Shown piece by piece: positions 28,001 through 37,000 of a DNA stretch of 64,000 bases. The first letter of the stretch is position 1; each line of letters starts with the position of its first letter. The translations under genes and the position numbers were made by a program. The DNA comes from an uncultured Eubacteriales bacterium (GTDB lineage: Bacteria > Bacillota > Clostridia > Oscillospirales > CAG-272). The stretch spans positions 65,064 through 129,063 of the forward strand of contig URAP01000001.1 in the NCBI GenBank assembly GCA_900545935.1. The letters run 5' to 3'. The notes beneath the pieces are model-generated. The model saw nothing but the letters and a program-made list of their open reading frames with translations, searched no databases and was not told the origin of the DNA.

Positions 28001-29314
28001 CGGATGCAGCATTGCGGTGATAAGTCGGTGTGCCGCTCCTATCGGCAGTGTGGTATCGGCATCAAGGGTGATGAGATACCTCGCGCTCGAGACAAATTCG
28101 CAGTCCTCCGGCACATCCGAAAAGCTGCCGGCATCGCCTCGGCAAAAGCGTATCAGCTCGAGCACAGCGCCTCTTTTTCGCTCCCATCCGCACCATCTGC
28201 CGTCGGGTGCCTGCCTGCGGCTGCGTACAAAAAGAAAAAAACGCTCGCCGTATTTATTGCACAATTCCCTTATTTTGCTCTCGGCATATTCAAGTACCTT
28301 TTCGTCCCCGTCTTCATGCTCGCTGTCGCTGTCGGGCAGATCGGCAAGCAGCGCAAAGCGAAGGTTTTCGTCCCGATTTCCGAGATAATAGCGCTCAAGA
28401 CGATCAAACAGTTCGCCGTCACGTTCCTCTCCGAACAACAGCGATGTTATACATACAAGTGTTTTTCCGCTGTCGGGTATATTTTCATTATCGGTCCTCG
28501 GAAGCACCGAATATCCGATGCAATGCGAAAAGATACGGTCGGTGAGGAGCCTTGCACATTCCGCGGATGGGAACAGCAGAAGAAGTGCGCATATGACTGC
28601 GGCAACAATATATTCGCTGCTGCCCCATGCAAGTGTAAGCGGCAGTACTGCGCCGCCGGAGCCGAGCATAAGAAGCAGCGGCAGCAGCACGGCGGGGGGC
28701 AATATTGTCAGTGCCGCATATACGGCGAAATACAGCGTCGGAGCACAGCCGAGCAGCACTTCGGGCAAGGTATCGAGCGAATCGGCGTATCTGCGTGCCG
28801 CCTCGGTGCTGCTTATCCTTTCGCGTCGCGCCGCGCGCACAAGCTGAGTACGATACATCTGCTGCGTTTCGCGGCTGCTGACGCGATATTCATCGGATAT
28901 CTCGCTCAGCAGCTTATGCATTGCAGAAAGACGCTGTGAGGCTGTATACGGAGATATCGCCGAAAATGAATTCTGCATCGAACGCGCAGCCGAGACCGCC
29001 TCCGCGCTTCCCTCCACGGCGATATGTGCAAGTGAGAGGGAAAGCAGCGCCGACGGCAGGAGCCGTACATCCTCTTCCTCCCATATCGCGCCGTACCGTC
29101 TCTCGGCTTCGGTAATTATCTCCTCGGCAACCGCACGGTAATTCTTTTCCTCGAGTATTTCGCCGAGCGCGCCGAGGAGCGATCCTGAGGCGCGCCTGCC
29201 GCTCTTGTCGAGCGCAAGCAGCAGTTCAAGCTCACCGAGCGCTGTCGTATCGCCGTTTGCTCTCAGGCGCGCTCTGAGCGAATGGATCTGTCTGCGTGTA
29301 ATGCTTTTTCTCAT
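22064..29314 (-). CDS. cyclic beta-1,2-glucan synthase-like multidomain protein (GT84-like, glucoamylase-like cyclization region, GH94-like)
   Basis: 2416 aa. TM segments flank a glycosyltransferase region (ITLDADT, RAHRWIRGD). A central alpha-barrel-like region follows (RTSPTNIGLYL, SGNFVASL). The C-terminal region carries GH94 phosphorylase motifs (GFRDQLQD, GSCDWNDG, ENGGQYTHAA). Confidence 0.85.
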   Translation of the reverse strand: MRKSITRRQIHSLRARLRANGDTTALGELELLLALDKSGRRASGSLLGALGEILEEKNYRAVAEEIITEAERRYGAIWEEEDVRLLPSALLSLSLAHIAVEGSAEAVSAARSMQNSFSAISPYTASQRLSAMHKLLSEISDEYRVSSRETQQMYRTQLVRAARRERISSTEAARRYADSLDTLPEVLLGCAPTLYFAVYAALTILPPAVLLPLLLMLGSGGAVLPLTLAWGSSEYIVAAVICALLLLFPSAECARLLTDRIFSHCIGYSVLPRTDNENIPDSGKTLVCITSLLFGEERDGELFDRLERYYLGNRDENLRFALLADLPDSDSEHEDGDEKVLEYAESKIRELCNKYGERFFLFVRSRRQAPDGRWCGWERKRGAVLELIRFCRGDAGSFSDVPEDCEFVSSARYLITLDADTTLPIGAAHRLITAMLHPSAHPIIEDGHVVRGHGIIQPRMVTTTRSASVTPFAVMCSGGGGADTYASAGYDTFQSMYDEGNFCGKGIIDIDTYNELLCDRFPEETVLSHDLLEGIILRSAIDGECRFSDSTPKNPVSFMTRAHRWIRGDVQAWLWGRREDMDALSHFKLLDNVRHALTPLASLILVILSAFMGGAAAMLIVPLALSYAILPFIITLLGRMASLPSALAHGGAVTVRSGRIRGAVMLELRRMIYSVCTLAYQAARAGDAAVRALWRTLVSHRRMLEWTTAAEGDRYSGQLTDYTVRMMPSVLLGVAFMLTGSAMLRLFGLMMFIAPTLAWRLGTPYGKHRDAPSIEERAQLLTYAADIWRFFEDTVTAEENYLPPDNISYQREVRVADRTSPTNIGLYLMSVIAARDLGLIGTAETERRLRATADTLVRLERWHGHLYNWYSVSTASVLSPYVSAVDSGNFVASLMAVCSALDEYIPECPGLAEVREALERLFRGADFSVFYSPERGLMHTGINASSGELDRGFYDLYMSESRTSYYIAVALGQLPPQAWSNLGRVYASNHAGVGMLSWSGTAFEYFMPTLYYLPAEDTAERQSLRFGARGQRIGAYRGVWGKSEGCYCAYDRDGNYRYKAIGVSSLALGPCGGERVYSPYSSYLVMQCSRRAALENLSRLREYGMYGRYGFYESLDLTPSRVGDGHAVVRSYMSHHMGMSLAAIDNVCSGGIFRERMSRIPELACAETLTDERIPVGSLAPRVESIKTRVRRGSRTRECLPELPAGIRRASLVSDGAMHICLCSDGCAELRYGRLPLCGTVSVRNDISLARISGGADSGIMDEKKSGVDIDTESMLRPEDERTGCLRVVLRTGSDAPQIMCGSVHCDGESAELTTDSGDKLRMIPDGSDNTVLLLGSTAGERHCSALLYLEPRLTSEDNWNSHPAYAGLGFSARFDRARQMLIYERSDRNGGHIYLCAAPIFGRIDDFTTRRRGLFPERYTDSDIAALLGRELGGCEGVCISPSLAMRCESVGSFAFIIAVGRCEEQAVTAIEGKRRLLDTLGRRLPPMRDKSPTVGDRLLEELVTAAVYGREKPPARLGDAYPINELWKYGISGDVRIGVFFLSGDGEESGRGLRELMQCAVRLYLHGFSLDLVFAYEGSGEYYDRRRDMLLRAAEAAGADFLIGAKSGIHLVPLESGDDSAKRLLSLYSVFTLAVSDSDTAAGMTERLAAQRIPEFLPHSERRENVEVYADNSSVAAPDSGWRFGTDGGFNMRKKSSPVPWSYPLGGCCLGTLVTDRSFGFTWLSNSRELRVTPWSGDESGGLRGEDIVAEIDGRTYSLSLCAEKVCYRSACAVYSGSLPGHDWMVEICCEARLPVKLYRISGLDRCELRLSLCGREGAVAHEHMSDCDLYTVLAGALAGRTVAVLRPCPGVFALTVFSTPLGSHSAAELGSFPLLRYLREHYSGEGAVCDVFDRRDIGSGISMRGCFGEIDALLGSFLLHQTYYSRMRGRTGFAQPGGAYGFRDQLQDAGALVYADTRLARCHIIRCASRQYREGDVMHWWHDVPLPHGGISIRGVRTRCSDDRFWLPFIIGDYISVTGDAAVLDVPVPYLVSAPLADREDDRYEDAVFSEERESIYLHCMRAMRTIRLGLYGLPLIGSCDWNDGLSGIGRNGGVSVWLGFFLRTVIGRMLPICERMGEYDDIAFLASQYKKLTAATLDPRHRCGGYFIRAYYGDGVPLGCENDSEPVLDSIAQSWAYFAASERVDVEKYLASGKPTSEVLDSISNELCYARGAVRLAYQRLFDRSVGTAALLSSPLRRSDGHDPGYICSYPEGMRENGGQYTHAAVWLARALIRGGAAEEGMALVRALDPSSHRTEIYLGEPYAIAGDVCTAGELRGMAGWTQYTGASGWYYRLLLEDMLGYRECGDSFTLEPCPELPNRLELKIERKATFYRITFVSGTSAGIPASEPTHKKAARFPYDGKEHTLTYYFGT

Positions 29315-29556
29315 AGATACCGCCTTGATAAAAATCTTGTTGTGAAATAGCTATGCCTGTGGTTTCGGATCGACGTTCCGTCTCCGTCGCTTCTCCCGGG
29401 CATAAACAGAGCTTTTGCCGCTGTCCGATGCGGCTGCATGAGGTTATTTTTTCTGAAAACGGCGGTTTTTATACAGCTGTTCCGATTTTTGCGCGCAAGA
29501 TCCGAAAAAGCTGATTCCGGCGTGCGGATCCGCGCTTTTTCGCCGCTCTGCACACC

Positions 29557-29585
29557 TTGACATATCAATTGCGCTTTGCTATAAT
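29557..29585 (+). promoter_or_regulatory. consensus sigma-A promoter (TTGACA-17 nt-TATAAT) upstream of mfd
   Basis: Read directly: TTGACAtatcaattgcgctttgcTATAAT. It lies about 235 nt before the mfd start. Confidence 0.6.
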
Positions 29586-29743
29586 ATAGTGGACTCTTCG
29601 GTTGATACGCAAGACGCGGTCGATCCGAGAAAAATACTGCGCCGCATCGGCTCGAGTAAAACAACGATGTATCAAGCTGCGGCAAACATCAACACAGGCG
29701 GCGAAATATCGCTCATGCCGTGTGATGCGAATATAGTAAATTA

Positions 29744-29777
29744 CCGTCGGTCGACCGTGGGTCGTCGGACGGCTTTT
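29744..29777 (+). terminator. terminator-like hairpin in the mfd leader
   Basis: CCGTC..CGACC gtg GGTCG..GACGG followed by CTTTTC. It has an internal loop and only a short U-tract, so it is weak. Confidence 0.35.
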
Positions 29778-29819
29778 CGGCGGCAGCGGGACATGCTCCT
29801 TCTGCCGCGTGAGGTGTTT

Positions 29820-32800
29820 ATGGAAAGAAAGAATAATATGATAATCGACAGTATCCGAGAAGAGCGCGAGTATCAGGGCTTGTTTGATGCCGCGATACGC
29901 GAGAGCAAGGCGAAAAAGCCGCAGCCGATAGCCGTTACCGGGCTGTGCGAGGGTGCAAGAACCGCTCTGCTGACCTCACTCGCCTCCGATTACCGCGCAC
30001 AGAGCGGTGTCGGGGCACTTGTGATAGTCCCGGACGAGCGCGAGGCATCGCGTCTGCAATCCGCCTGTGGCGATTTCGGATGCCGCGCTGCTGTATATCC
30101 ATATCGCGACTTTGTATATCATAATATGACCGTATCGCACGAGCTTGAATATGAGCGGCTCGGAGTGCTGCGCTCGGCTCTGCTCGGTGACTGCGACATG
30201 ATAATAACGACACCGGACGCTGCACTGCAATACACCATGCCGCCCGAGCTGCTCGCATCCTCCTGCCTGCGGCTCGCCGTCGGCTGCGAGATAGAACGTG
30301 AGACGCTGATATCCTTTCTGCTCTCCGCAGGCTATGTGCGCGTTGAGATGGTTGAGGGCGCGGGGCAGTTCTCCGTTCGCGGCGATATCGTCGATATCTA
30401 TTCACCCGGCAGCAGTGACCCGATCCGTATACAGTTCTTCGACTGCGAGATAGAGGATATGGAGTACTTTGATACCGTATCGCAGCGCCGAACCGAGCAT
30501 CTTTCATCTATCGAGCTGACGCCGGCGAGGGAGATACTTATCCCCGATGATGCAAAGGCGCAGCTGCGCTCTGAGATAGAGGCGCAGAGCAAACGCGTAA
30601 AGGACGACCGTGTCCGCGATATGCTGCTCTCCGAGCTTGAGACCCTCTCATCCGACCGTGAGATAGGCTTCCGCGACAAGTACATATCGGTCATCTATCC
30701 GGAGCGCACCTGCCTGCTCGACTATATATCATCACCGACGCTCTGCTGTATCGTTGAAGAGAACGCCGTCCGTGACCGCCTGAAGGCATGCCGCGCACGC
30801 GAGGAGGAGATGCTTCGTTCGCTGATATCCGGCGGCGAGATCTACGGAAAACACGCAGATTATGCTGCGCCGCACGAGCGGCTTGACAGCTTTATGCGCA
30901 GCACGGTCAGCGCGTATATAGATACCTTTATTACTCAGCACGCGGTGCGCAGCGACAGCCTGTTTTCATTTACTACGAAAAATACCGTCTGCTACGGGGA
31001 CAACCGCGAGCTGCTGCTCGAGGACGTACGCTTCTACCTGCGTCATGAATTCCGAACGGTCATTCTCTGCGAGAGCAGCGCAATGCAGATGAATACGGCA
31101 GAAATGCTGCGTGAGGAGGAGATACCGGCAGCTGTGATAGAACAGAATTCGCCGATGCCCGACGATAAGCGTATAGTGCTCGTCGTCGGACCGGCGGCGG
31201 TTCCCGGCTTTGAGCTTACCGCATCGCGTTTCGCGCTGTTGTCAATGTACGAATCCGCCGTCAGCGTCGGCAGAGCGAGCACATCACACCGTACGGCAAA
31301 AACACGCAGAAAATCAGCCCGAGAGCGGATAATGTCGTATGCGGACCTTACCGTCGGAGACTATGTCGTTCACGATATACATGGTATCGGCCGCTTTATG
31401 GGACTTGAAAACATCACGCACGACGGCGTTACAGAGGAATATGCAAAGCTCGTCTATGCCGACGATGCCCTCTTGTACATTCCGACCGACAAGCTCGATA
31501 TGCTGTCTAAATATATCGGTGCGCGCGGCGAGGACGATACCGTTCGTCTCTCAAAGCTTGGCGGACGCGAATGGGGTAAGGCAAAAGCAAAAGCAAAGGC
31601 TGCCACACGCGAGATGGCAAAGGAACTGATAGCTCTGTATGCCGAGCGCAAGCGCAGACCGGGACATGCATTTCCGGCGGACGATGATATGCAGCGACAA
31701 TTCGAGAGTGCATTTGAGTACGAGGAGACCGACGGTCAGATAGCAGCCGTGACCGATATCAAGAGAGATATGGAGGACAGCTGCCCGATGGACAGACTGC
31801 TCTGCGGAGATGTGGGCTTCGGAAAGACAGAGGTTGCGCTCCGCGCGGCATTCAAGGCAGTGTCGGACGGCAAGCAGGCAGCGATACTTGTTCCTACCAC
31901 CATTCTTGCAATGCAGCATTACCGCACTATTCTCTCGCGTATGCGCGGCTTCCCTGTTCATATCGACGTGCTCTCTCGCTTCCGCACACCGCGAGAGCAG
32001 GAAAAAACACTTGCCGCGCTGCGCCGCGGAGAGATAGATATCATAGTAGGCACACACCGACTTATATCAAAGGATGTACAATTCCATGACCTCGGTCTGC
32101 TCATTGTGGACGAGGAGCAGCGCTTCGGCGTCGCTCAAAAGGAAAAGCTGAAGCAGCTGTCGGGAAACGTCGATGTTCTCACCCTGACCGCCACTCCGAT
32201 ACCGCGAACGCTTAATATGGCGATGAGCGGCATACGTGACATGAGCATACTCGAGGAGGCTCCCGGCGACCGACTGCCGGTCCAGACCTTCGTGCTCGAA
32301 TATGACGAGGTCGTTCTTGCCGATGCCGTGCGCAAGGAGCTGCATCGCGGAGGACAGGTATTCTGGCTGCACAATCGCGTCGAAACGATAGAACAGACCT
32401 GCGGCGCTCTGCGAAAGCTGATACCGGAGGCACGCATATCCTTTGCGCACGGAAAGATGGACCGTGAGCAGATATCCGATATATGGTCGGAGCTGATACG
32501 CGGTGAGATAGACGTTCTTATCAGCACGGCGATCATCGAGACCGGAGTAGACGTGCCGAATGCGAATACGCTGATAGTCGAGCGCGCAGACCGCCTCGGA
32601 CTCTCGCAGCTGCATCAGCTGCGCGGACGCATAGGACGCTCGAGCAGACGTGCGTATGCTTACTTCACATACCCGAGAGGGTCGGTGATATCCGAGATAG
32701 CCGACAAGCGTCTTGAAGCGGTGCGCGATTACTCGGAGTTCGGTTCCGGCTTTAAGATAGCCCTGCGCGACCTCGAGCTGCGCGGCGCGGGAAATCTGCT

Positions 32801-33371
32801 CGGTGCGGAGCAGCACGGACAGATAGACAGCGTAGGATATGATATGTATATGAAGCTGCTGAATGAGGCGATACTCGAGGAAAAGGGCGAGGAAAAGAAA
32901 GAAAAGCCCGCATGCACCGTCACGCTTGCATATGATGCCTATCTGCCTGAGAGCTATATCGGAAGTCAAGCACAGCGCATTGACGCCTACAAAAAGATCG
33001 CGCTCATCGAGCGTACCGAGGACTACGACGATATTTTCGACGAGCTGAGCGACCGCTACGGCGAGCCGCCGATCCAGGCAAAGAATCTGCTGCGAATCTC
33101 ACTCATCCGCGCGCTGTCGAGCGCCTGCGGTATGAGCCGCGTCGAGCAGAAGAACGGCGGAGCGGTCATTGTGCCGCGCACGCTCGAGCTGCCGGTATGG
33201 GCGGAGCTGTCGCATATTTACAGCGGCAAGCTGCTCGTTTCGCTCGGCTCGCAGCCGTATGTGACCTACCGAATACGCAGCGGCATAGATACACTTGAAA
33301 TGCTGTGTGAAATATTTGCAAAATATATACAAATTAAAGAACAAACAGCCTTGAAAAGTGCAGATGATTAA
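29820..33371 (+). CDS. mfd: transcription-repair coupling factor
   Basis: UvrB-homology N-terminus, CarD-like segment ([13 protein letters not shown]), and superfamily-2 helicase motifs ([36 protein letters not shown]). Start set at ATG 29820 after GAGGTG; the ORF-track GTG at 29589 is rejected. Confidence 0.93.
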   Translation: MERKNNMIIDSIREEREYQGLFDAAIRESKAKKPQPIAVTGLCEGARTALLTSLASDYRAQSGVGALVIVPDEREASRLQSACGDFGCRAAVYPYRDFVYHNMTVSHELEYERLGVLRSALLGDCDMIITTPDAALQYTMPPELLASSCLRLAVGCEIERETLISFLLSAGYVRVEMVEGAGQFSVRGDIVDIYSPGSSDPIRIQFFDCEIEDMEYFDTVSQRRTEHLSSIELTPAREILIPDDAKAQLRSEIEAQSKRVKDDRVRDMLLSELETLSSDREIGFRDKYISVIYPERTCLLDYISSPTLCCIVEENAVRDRLKACRAREEEMLRSLISGGEIYGKHADYAAPHERLDSFMRSTVSAYIDTFITQHAVRSDSLFSFTTKNTVCYGDNRELLLEDVRFYLRHEFRTVILCESSAMQMNTAEMLREEEIPAAVIEQNSPMPDDKRIVLVVGPAAVPGFELTASRFALLSMYESAVSVGRASTSHRTAKTRRKSARERIMSYADLTVGDYVVHDIHGIGRFMGLENITHDGVTEEYAKLVYADDALLYIPTDKLDMLSKYIGARGEDDTVRLSKLGGREWGKAKAKAKAATREMAKELIALYAERKRRPGHAFPADDDMQRQFESAFEYEETDGQIAAVTDIKRDMEDSCPMDRLLCGDVGFGKTEVALRAAFKAVSDGKQAAILVPTTILAMQHYRTILSRMRGFPVHIDVLSRFRTPREQEKTLAALRRGEIDIIVGTHRLISKDVQFHDLGLLIVDEEQRFGVAQKEKLKQLSGNVDVLTLTATPIPRTLNMAMSGIRDMSILEEAPGDRLPVQTFVLEYDEVVLADAVRKELHRGGQVFWLHNRVETIEQTCGALRKLIPEARISFAHGKMDREQISDIWSELIRGEIDVLISTAIIETGVDVPNANTLIVERADRLGLSQLHQLRGRIGRSSRRAYAYFTYPRGSVISEIADKRLEAVRDYSEFGSGFKIALRDLELRGAGNLLGAEQHGQIDSVGYDMYMKLLNEAILEEKGEEKKEKPACTVTLAYDAYLPESYIGSQAQRIDAYKKIALIERTEDYDDIFDELSDRYGEPPIQAKNLLRISLIRALSSACGMSRVEQKNGGAVIVPRTLELPVWAELSHIYSGKLLVSLGSQPYVTYRIRSGIDTLEMLCEIFAKYIQIKEQTALKSADD

Positions 33372-33434
33372 GCTATAATTTACAAAAAAATAAAAGCGGA
33401 CGACATTCACCGTCCGCCGGAGAACAAAAATTAC

Positions 33435-34547
33435 ATGAAAACATATAATTTTAAAAGAGCTCTCTGCTCTGCCGTCTCGCTCCTGCTGTCTGCCGCAATC
33501 GCCGCCTCGCTCTCCTCATGCGGCAAGCGGACGATTGCGATGAGCTGCGGAGATACCGAGATAACCGAGGGGATGTATTCATACTGGCTGTCGGCGTACA
33601 AAACAAATTTTGTATATACATACGGTGGGGGCAGCGACAACTCGACGCTTTGGACTGCGACGGCGGCAGACGGTCAGAGCTATGCCGATTATGCCGAGGA
33701 TAAGATACTCACAACGGTACGCAATTTTGCGATCGCCGTAGAACAGTTTCGTGTTCTCGGACTGAAGATCGACAGCTCGATCAGCGAGCAGGTCAATGCC
33801 GATATAAGCGAAAAGCTCGAATATGCCGGCTCGCGTCCCGCGCTCAACTCCGATCTTTCCCGCTACGGCATAAATATTGACGGACTGAAAGATATCTACA
33901 TAGCTGAGGAAAAATGGCAGGCTGTATATAACTATTATTTCGGAACGAGCGGCATCGAAAGGCTGTCCGACGAAGAGCTTACCGCATATTATAAATCGAA
34001 CTATTCTCTGCTCGGGCTTGTCGTGCTCTACACCGAAAATAAAGCCGAGCGTGACGAAAACGGTACATATGTATATGATAAGGACGGAAATATTACCGTT
34101 TCCGAAATGACCGCCGAAGAGAAGGCGGCAAAGCAGGCGACGGCCGCCGATGTATACGAACGTCTGAAAAACGGCGAGAGCTGGTCTGAGCTTGCCTCAG
34201 AATATTCAGACGCGGATATGTCATACTATACAAACGGATGCTTCGTCTCCTCTGCTGAGGCTGATAGCTACGGAGCAGATCTTGTCTCGGCAGCTGCCGA
34301 GATGACTGTGGGCGAGATACGCCGCATAGATACCGATGCTGTCACCTATCTTGCGGTGAAGCTCGCGCTTCCGGAGCTTGGCTCGCTCGACGAAAGCGAC
34401 AACGAACAGCTGAGCGACCTGCGGGATGATGCCTCGCGAGAGCGCTATACGGAAAAATTCGACGCACTCGCCGACACCGTAACCGTAAATACCGATATTA
34501 TCAAAGCGCACCCTATCGAGGATGCACCGCTGAACCTCTATTATTGA
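33435..34547 (+). CDS. PrsA/SurA-like lipoprotein with a degenerate parvulin-type domain
   Basis: Lipobox LSSCG. The segment WSELASEYSDAD...VGEIRRIDTDAVTYLAVKL resembles a parvulin PPIase domain. Confidence 0.6.
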   Translation: MKTYNFKRALCSAVSLLLSAAIAASLSSCGKRTIAMSCGDTEITEGMYSYWLSAYKTNFVYTYGGGSDNSTLWTATAADGQSYADYAEDKILTTVRNFAIAVEQFRVLGLKIDSSISEQVNADISEKLEYAGSRPALNSDLSRYGINIDGLKDIYIAEEKWQAVYNYYFGTSGIERLSDEELTAYYKSNYSLLGLVVLYTENKAERDENGTYVYDKDGNITVSEMTAEEKAAKQATAADVYERLKNGESWSELASEYSDADMSYYTNGCFVSSAEADSYGADLVSAAAEMTVGEIRRIDTDAVTYLAVKLALPELGSLDESDNEQLSDLRDDASRERYTEKFDALADTVTVNTDIIKAHPIEDAPLNLYY

Positions 34548-34638
34548 CGGTGCGCACCTGTCATATCGGTGCAGTCGACCGACAGACACGGTTCATCCAC
34601 GAAAAATTATTAGCTTAATACGAAAGGCGGACGCTGTA

Positions 34639-35100
34639 ATGGCAATTAACTTTGATGAGATTTGGACAAACGTCAAAAAGAACGCGCTCGGTGCGAAGGA
34701 CCTCGCATCACTTAAACTTAAGCTGACAAAGGAAAAAGCGCATCTCGACGAGCTGTACCGTGCGCTCGGAGAAAATGTCTACGCAGTACGTACAAAGCAG
34801 GCGGTAGACGAGAGCGCGGCGATATCCGAGCAGATAGCCGCATCGCTTATCGACATAGAGCAGATGGAAGAGAGTGTAAGCCGAATCTCCGGCTCGGTCC
34901 GCTGCCCCGGCTGCGAGCGAACGGTCGCAAGCACATATTCGTTCTGCCCGCATTGCGGTACCGCTCTGCCGCATGAGGAAAAGACGGAGAGCGATCAGGA
35001 GTTTGATTCCGCCTTTGATGAGATGATGGGCAATGGCGCAAGGAGCTCGGAAAACGATTCTGACGATAATGACGGTTCTCATAACGGCGGTGAGAAGTAA
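34639..35100 (+). CDS. coiled-coil / zinc-ribbon protein with an acidic tail
   Basis: CPGCERTVASTYSFCPHCG zinc ribbon. RBS AAAGGCGG upstream. Confidence 0.55.
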   Translation: MAINFDEIWTNVKKNALGAKDLASLKLKLTKEKAHLDELYRALGENVYAVRTKQAVDESAAISEQIAASLIDIEQMEESVSRISGSVRCPGCERTVASTYSFCPHCGTALPHEEKTESDQEFDSAFDEMMGNGARSSENDSDDNDGSHNGGEK

Positions 35101-35200
35101 GCTCGGTCGACGCGGCAAGAGAAACTATCATTACTATGTATCGCAGCGAAACACAAAAAGATTATTTTTTCACAAAAGTTAGGTTTTTTTCGCAAACCCC

Positions 35201-35229
35201 TTGATTTTTTCTGTAATACGTGGTATAAT
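35201..35229 (+). promoter_or_regulatory. sigma-A promoter of the rimP-nusA-infB operon (TTGATT-17 nt-TATAAT, TGn)
   Basis: Read directly: TTGATTttttctgtaatacgtggTATAAT. Confidence 0.6.
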
Positions 35230-35251
35230 GTTCCAAGCTCAATATTGTGAT

Positions 35252-35290
35252 ATTAAAGAGTAGGCTCGCCCTGCTCTTTAATCTTTATAT
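35252..35290 (+). terminator. leader hairpin plus T-rich tract upstream of rimP (possible attenuator)
   Basis: ATTAAAGAG-13 nt-CTCTTTAAT followed by CTTTATAT. Confidence 0.4.
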
Positions 35291-35370
35291 AACGATTTAA
35301 CGGCTGTCGGCGATGCCGTGTGCCGCTGTACGTTATCGAGCGAATACAAACAGCGCCGAAAGGAGCCCTA

Positions 35371-35871
35371 ATGGCAAAAAACAGTACGCAGGGAACGGCA
35401 AGCGCCGTCCGTGAGCTCATCGAGCCTACCGTTACGGAGCTCGGCTATGACATATGGGATGTCGAATATGTCAAGGAGGGCGCGGATATGCACCTTCGCA
35501 TCACTATCGACTCCGAGGACGGAATAGACATCGATGATTGCGAAAAGGTACACCGTGCGATCGACCCGCTCATTGATGAGGCGGACCCTATCGAGGAGTC
35601 CTATCTGCTTGAGGTATCGAGTCCCGGGATAGAGCGCAGGCTGCGCACGCCTGAGCACTTTCTTGCATGTATAGGCGAGACCGTAAATCTTAAGCTCTTC
35701 GCCCCGATAGAGGGAGACGAGCGCACAAAGAGCAAGCAGATAATCGCCCCGATGACGGCATTCGACCCGGAAACAAAGAATGTCACGGTGGAGGACGGCA
35801 CAGAGAGCGGTCTGATTGTTCCGTGGAGTCTTATCTCCCGCGCAAATATTTGGTACGATTTCGGCGATTGA
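35371..35871 (+). CDS. rimP: ribosome maturation factor RimP
   Basis: RimP-like sequence (LEVSSPGIERRLRTPEHF). Start at ATG 35371 with AAAGGAG 6 nt upstream. Confidence 0.88.
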   Translation: MAKNSTQGTASAVRELIEPTVTELGYDIWDVEYVKEGADMHLRITIDSEDGIDIDDCEKVHRAIDPLIDEADPIEESYLLEVSSPGIERRLRTPEHFLACIGETVNLKLFAPIEGDERTKSKQIIAPMTAFDPETKNVTVEDGTESGLIVPWSLISRANIWYDFGD

Positions 35872-35974
35872 TACAGCATAGCGATTGAAGGCTCAGCTTT
35901 TCCCGCCGTATGGCATAAAAGCCCGGCTAAGCGACCGTATACATAAATCATAATAAGAAGTGAAAGGAAAACAG

Positions 35975-37000
35975 ATGAACGCAGATTTTTTCAAGGCAAT
36001 TGATGAGCTCGGCAAGCAGAAGGGCATCCCCACCGATATTATCATCGACCGTGTCGAGCAGGCTCTGACAAAGGCATATAAGCATGAAAAGGAAGGCGAC
36101 TGCGAGATACGTATCATTCTCGATCCCGATAAAAAGGTATTCCGAATGGTTGAGCTCAAGGAGATCGTTGACGAGGTCACCGATCCCGACAAGCAGATAT
36201 CGCTCGTCGACGCCAAGCGCATCACCCGCAGCGCCAAGGTAGGAAACATCTGTGAAATAGAGGTGCCGCTGCAGAAGTTCAGCCGAATCAGTGCACAGAC
36301 TGCAAAGCAGGTGATCATTCAGGGCATACGCGAGGCTGAGCGCGGAATGCTCATAGAACAGTACGAAAATAAGAAAGAAGAGATTATCACCGCGACCGTG
36401 TACAAGACCATGACGGCAAACGGGGCGGTAATTGTCGACACCGGCACGAGCCGCGTTGCCCTGCTCCCCGAGGAGCAGATACCCGGTGAGGTCTACCACG
36501 AGGGCGACCGAATAAAGGTATATGTTATCGAGGTACGCAGAGAGACGCGCGGTCCGCTTGTAACACTCTCCCGTACACATGCAGGTCTTGTCAAGCGTCT
36601 GTTTGAGCTTGAGGTTCCCGAGATCCAGGACGGCACTGTCGAGATAAAGAACATCATCCGCGAGGCAGGCTCGAGAACGAAGATGGCTGTTGCAAGCAAT
36701 GACCCGAATGTTGATCCTATCGGAGCATGCATCGGTAATCACGGTATTCGTATCGGCGATATCACACGCGAGATAAACGGTGAGAAGATAGATATCGTCA
36801 AATACAGCGAGGATCCGGCGGAATATATTTCCTCCGCTCTTGCGCCCGCCACCGTACGTGATGTTATAATAGAGGACGACCGTTCTGCACGTGTAATTGT
36901 CGATCCCGAGCAGCTTTCGCTCGCTATCGGCAAGGAGGGACAGAACGCGCGTCTTGCCGCACGCCTTACCGGATACAAGATCGACATCAAGGCACAGTAA
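35975..37000 (+). CDS. nusA: transcription termination/antitermination factor NusA
   Basis: S1 and two KH domains (LSRTHAGLVKRLFELEVPEI, GACIGNHGIRI, LAIGKEGQNARLAARLTGYKIDI). Start chosen at ATG 35975. Confidence 0.93.
   Translation: MNADFFKAIDELGKQKGIPTDIIIDRVEQALTKAYKHEKEGDCEIRIILDPDKKVFRMVELKEIVDEVTDPDKQISLVDAKRITRSAKVGNICEIEVPLQKFSRISAQTAKQVIIQGIREAERGMLIEQYENKKEEIITATVYKTMTANGAVIVDTGTSRVALLPEEQIPGEVYHEGDRIKVYVIEVRRETRGPLVTLSRTHAGLVKRLFELEVPEIQDGTVEIKNIIREAGSRTKMAVASNDPNVDPIGACIGNHGIRIGDITREINGEKIDIVKYSEDPAEYISSALAPATVRDVIIEDDRSARVIVDPEQLSLAIGKEGQNARLAARLTGYKIDIKAQ

Noticed and set aside
22091-28939. Numerous 60-400-aa plus-strand ORFs inside the Cgs-like gene (for example 27728-28939 at 403 aa and 22880-23695 at 271 aa)
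   Set aside because: All are antisense or out of frame relative to a single uninterrupted 2416-codon frame with conserved GT and GH94 motifs. Their Arg/Ser/Pro-rich translations are typical of GC-rich non-coding frames.
29311-29685. 124-aa minus-strand ORF in the cgs/mfd intergenic region
   Set aside because: There is no RBS, the composition is Arg/Ser-rich, and it runs across the consensus mfd promoter. Its start overlaps the cgs start codon region, so it is treated as non-coding.
29589-29819. 77-codon N-terminal extension of mfd from a GTG start
   Set aside because: The GTG lies 4 nt after the -10 box, so it would be at or before the transcript 5' end and has no RBS. The Mfd homology begins at [14 protein letters not shown], which has a GAGGTG RBS.
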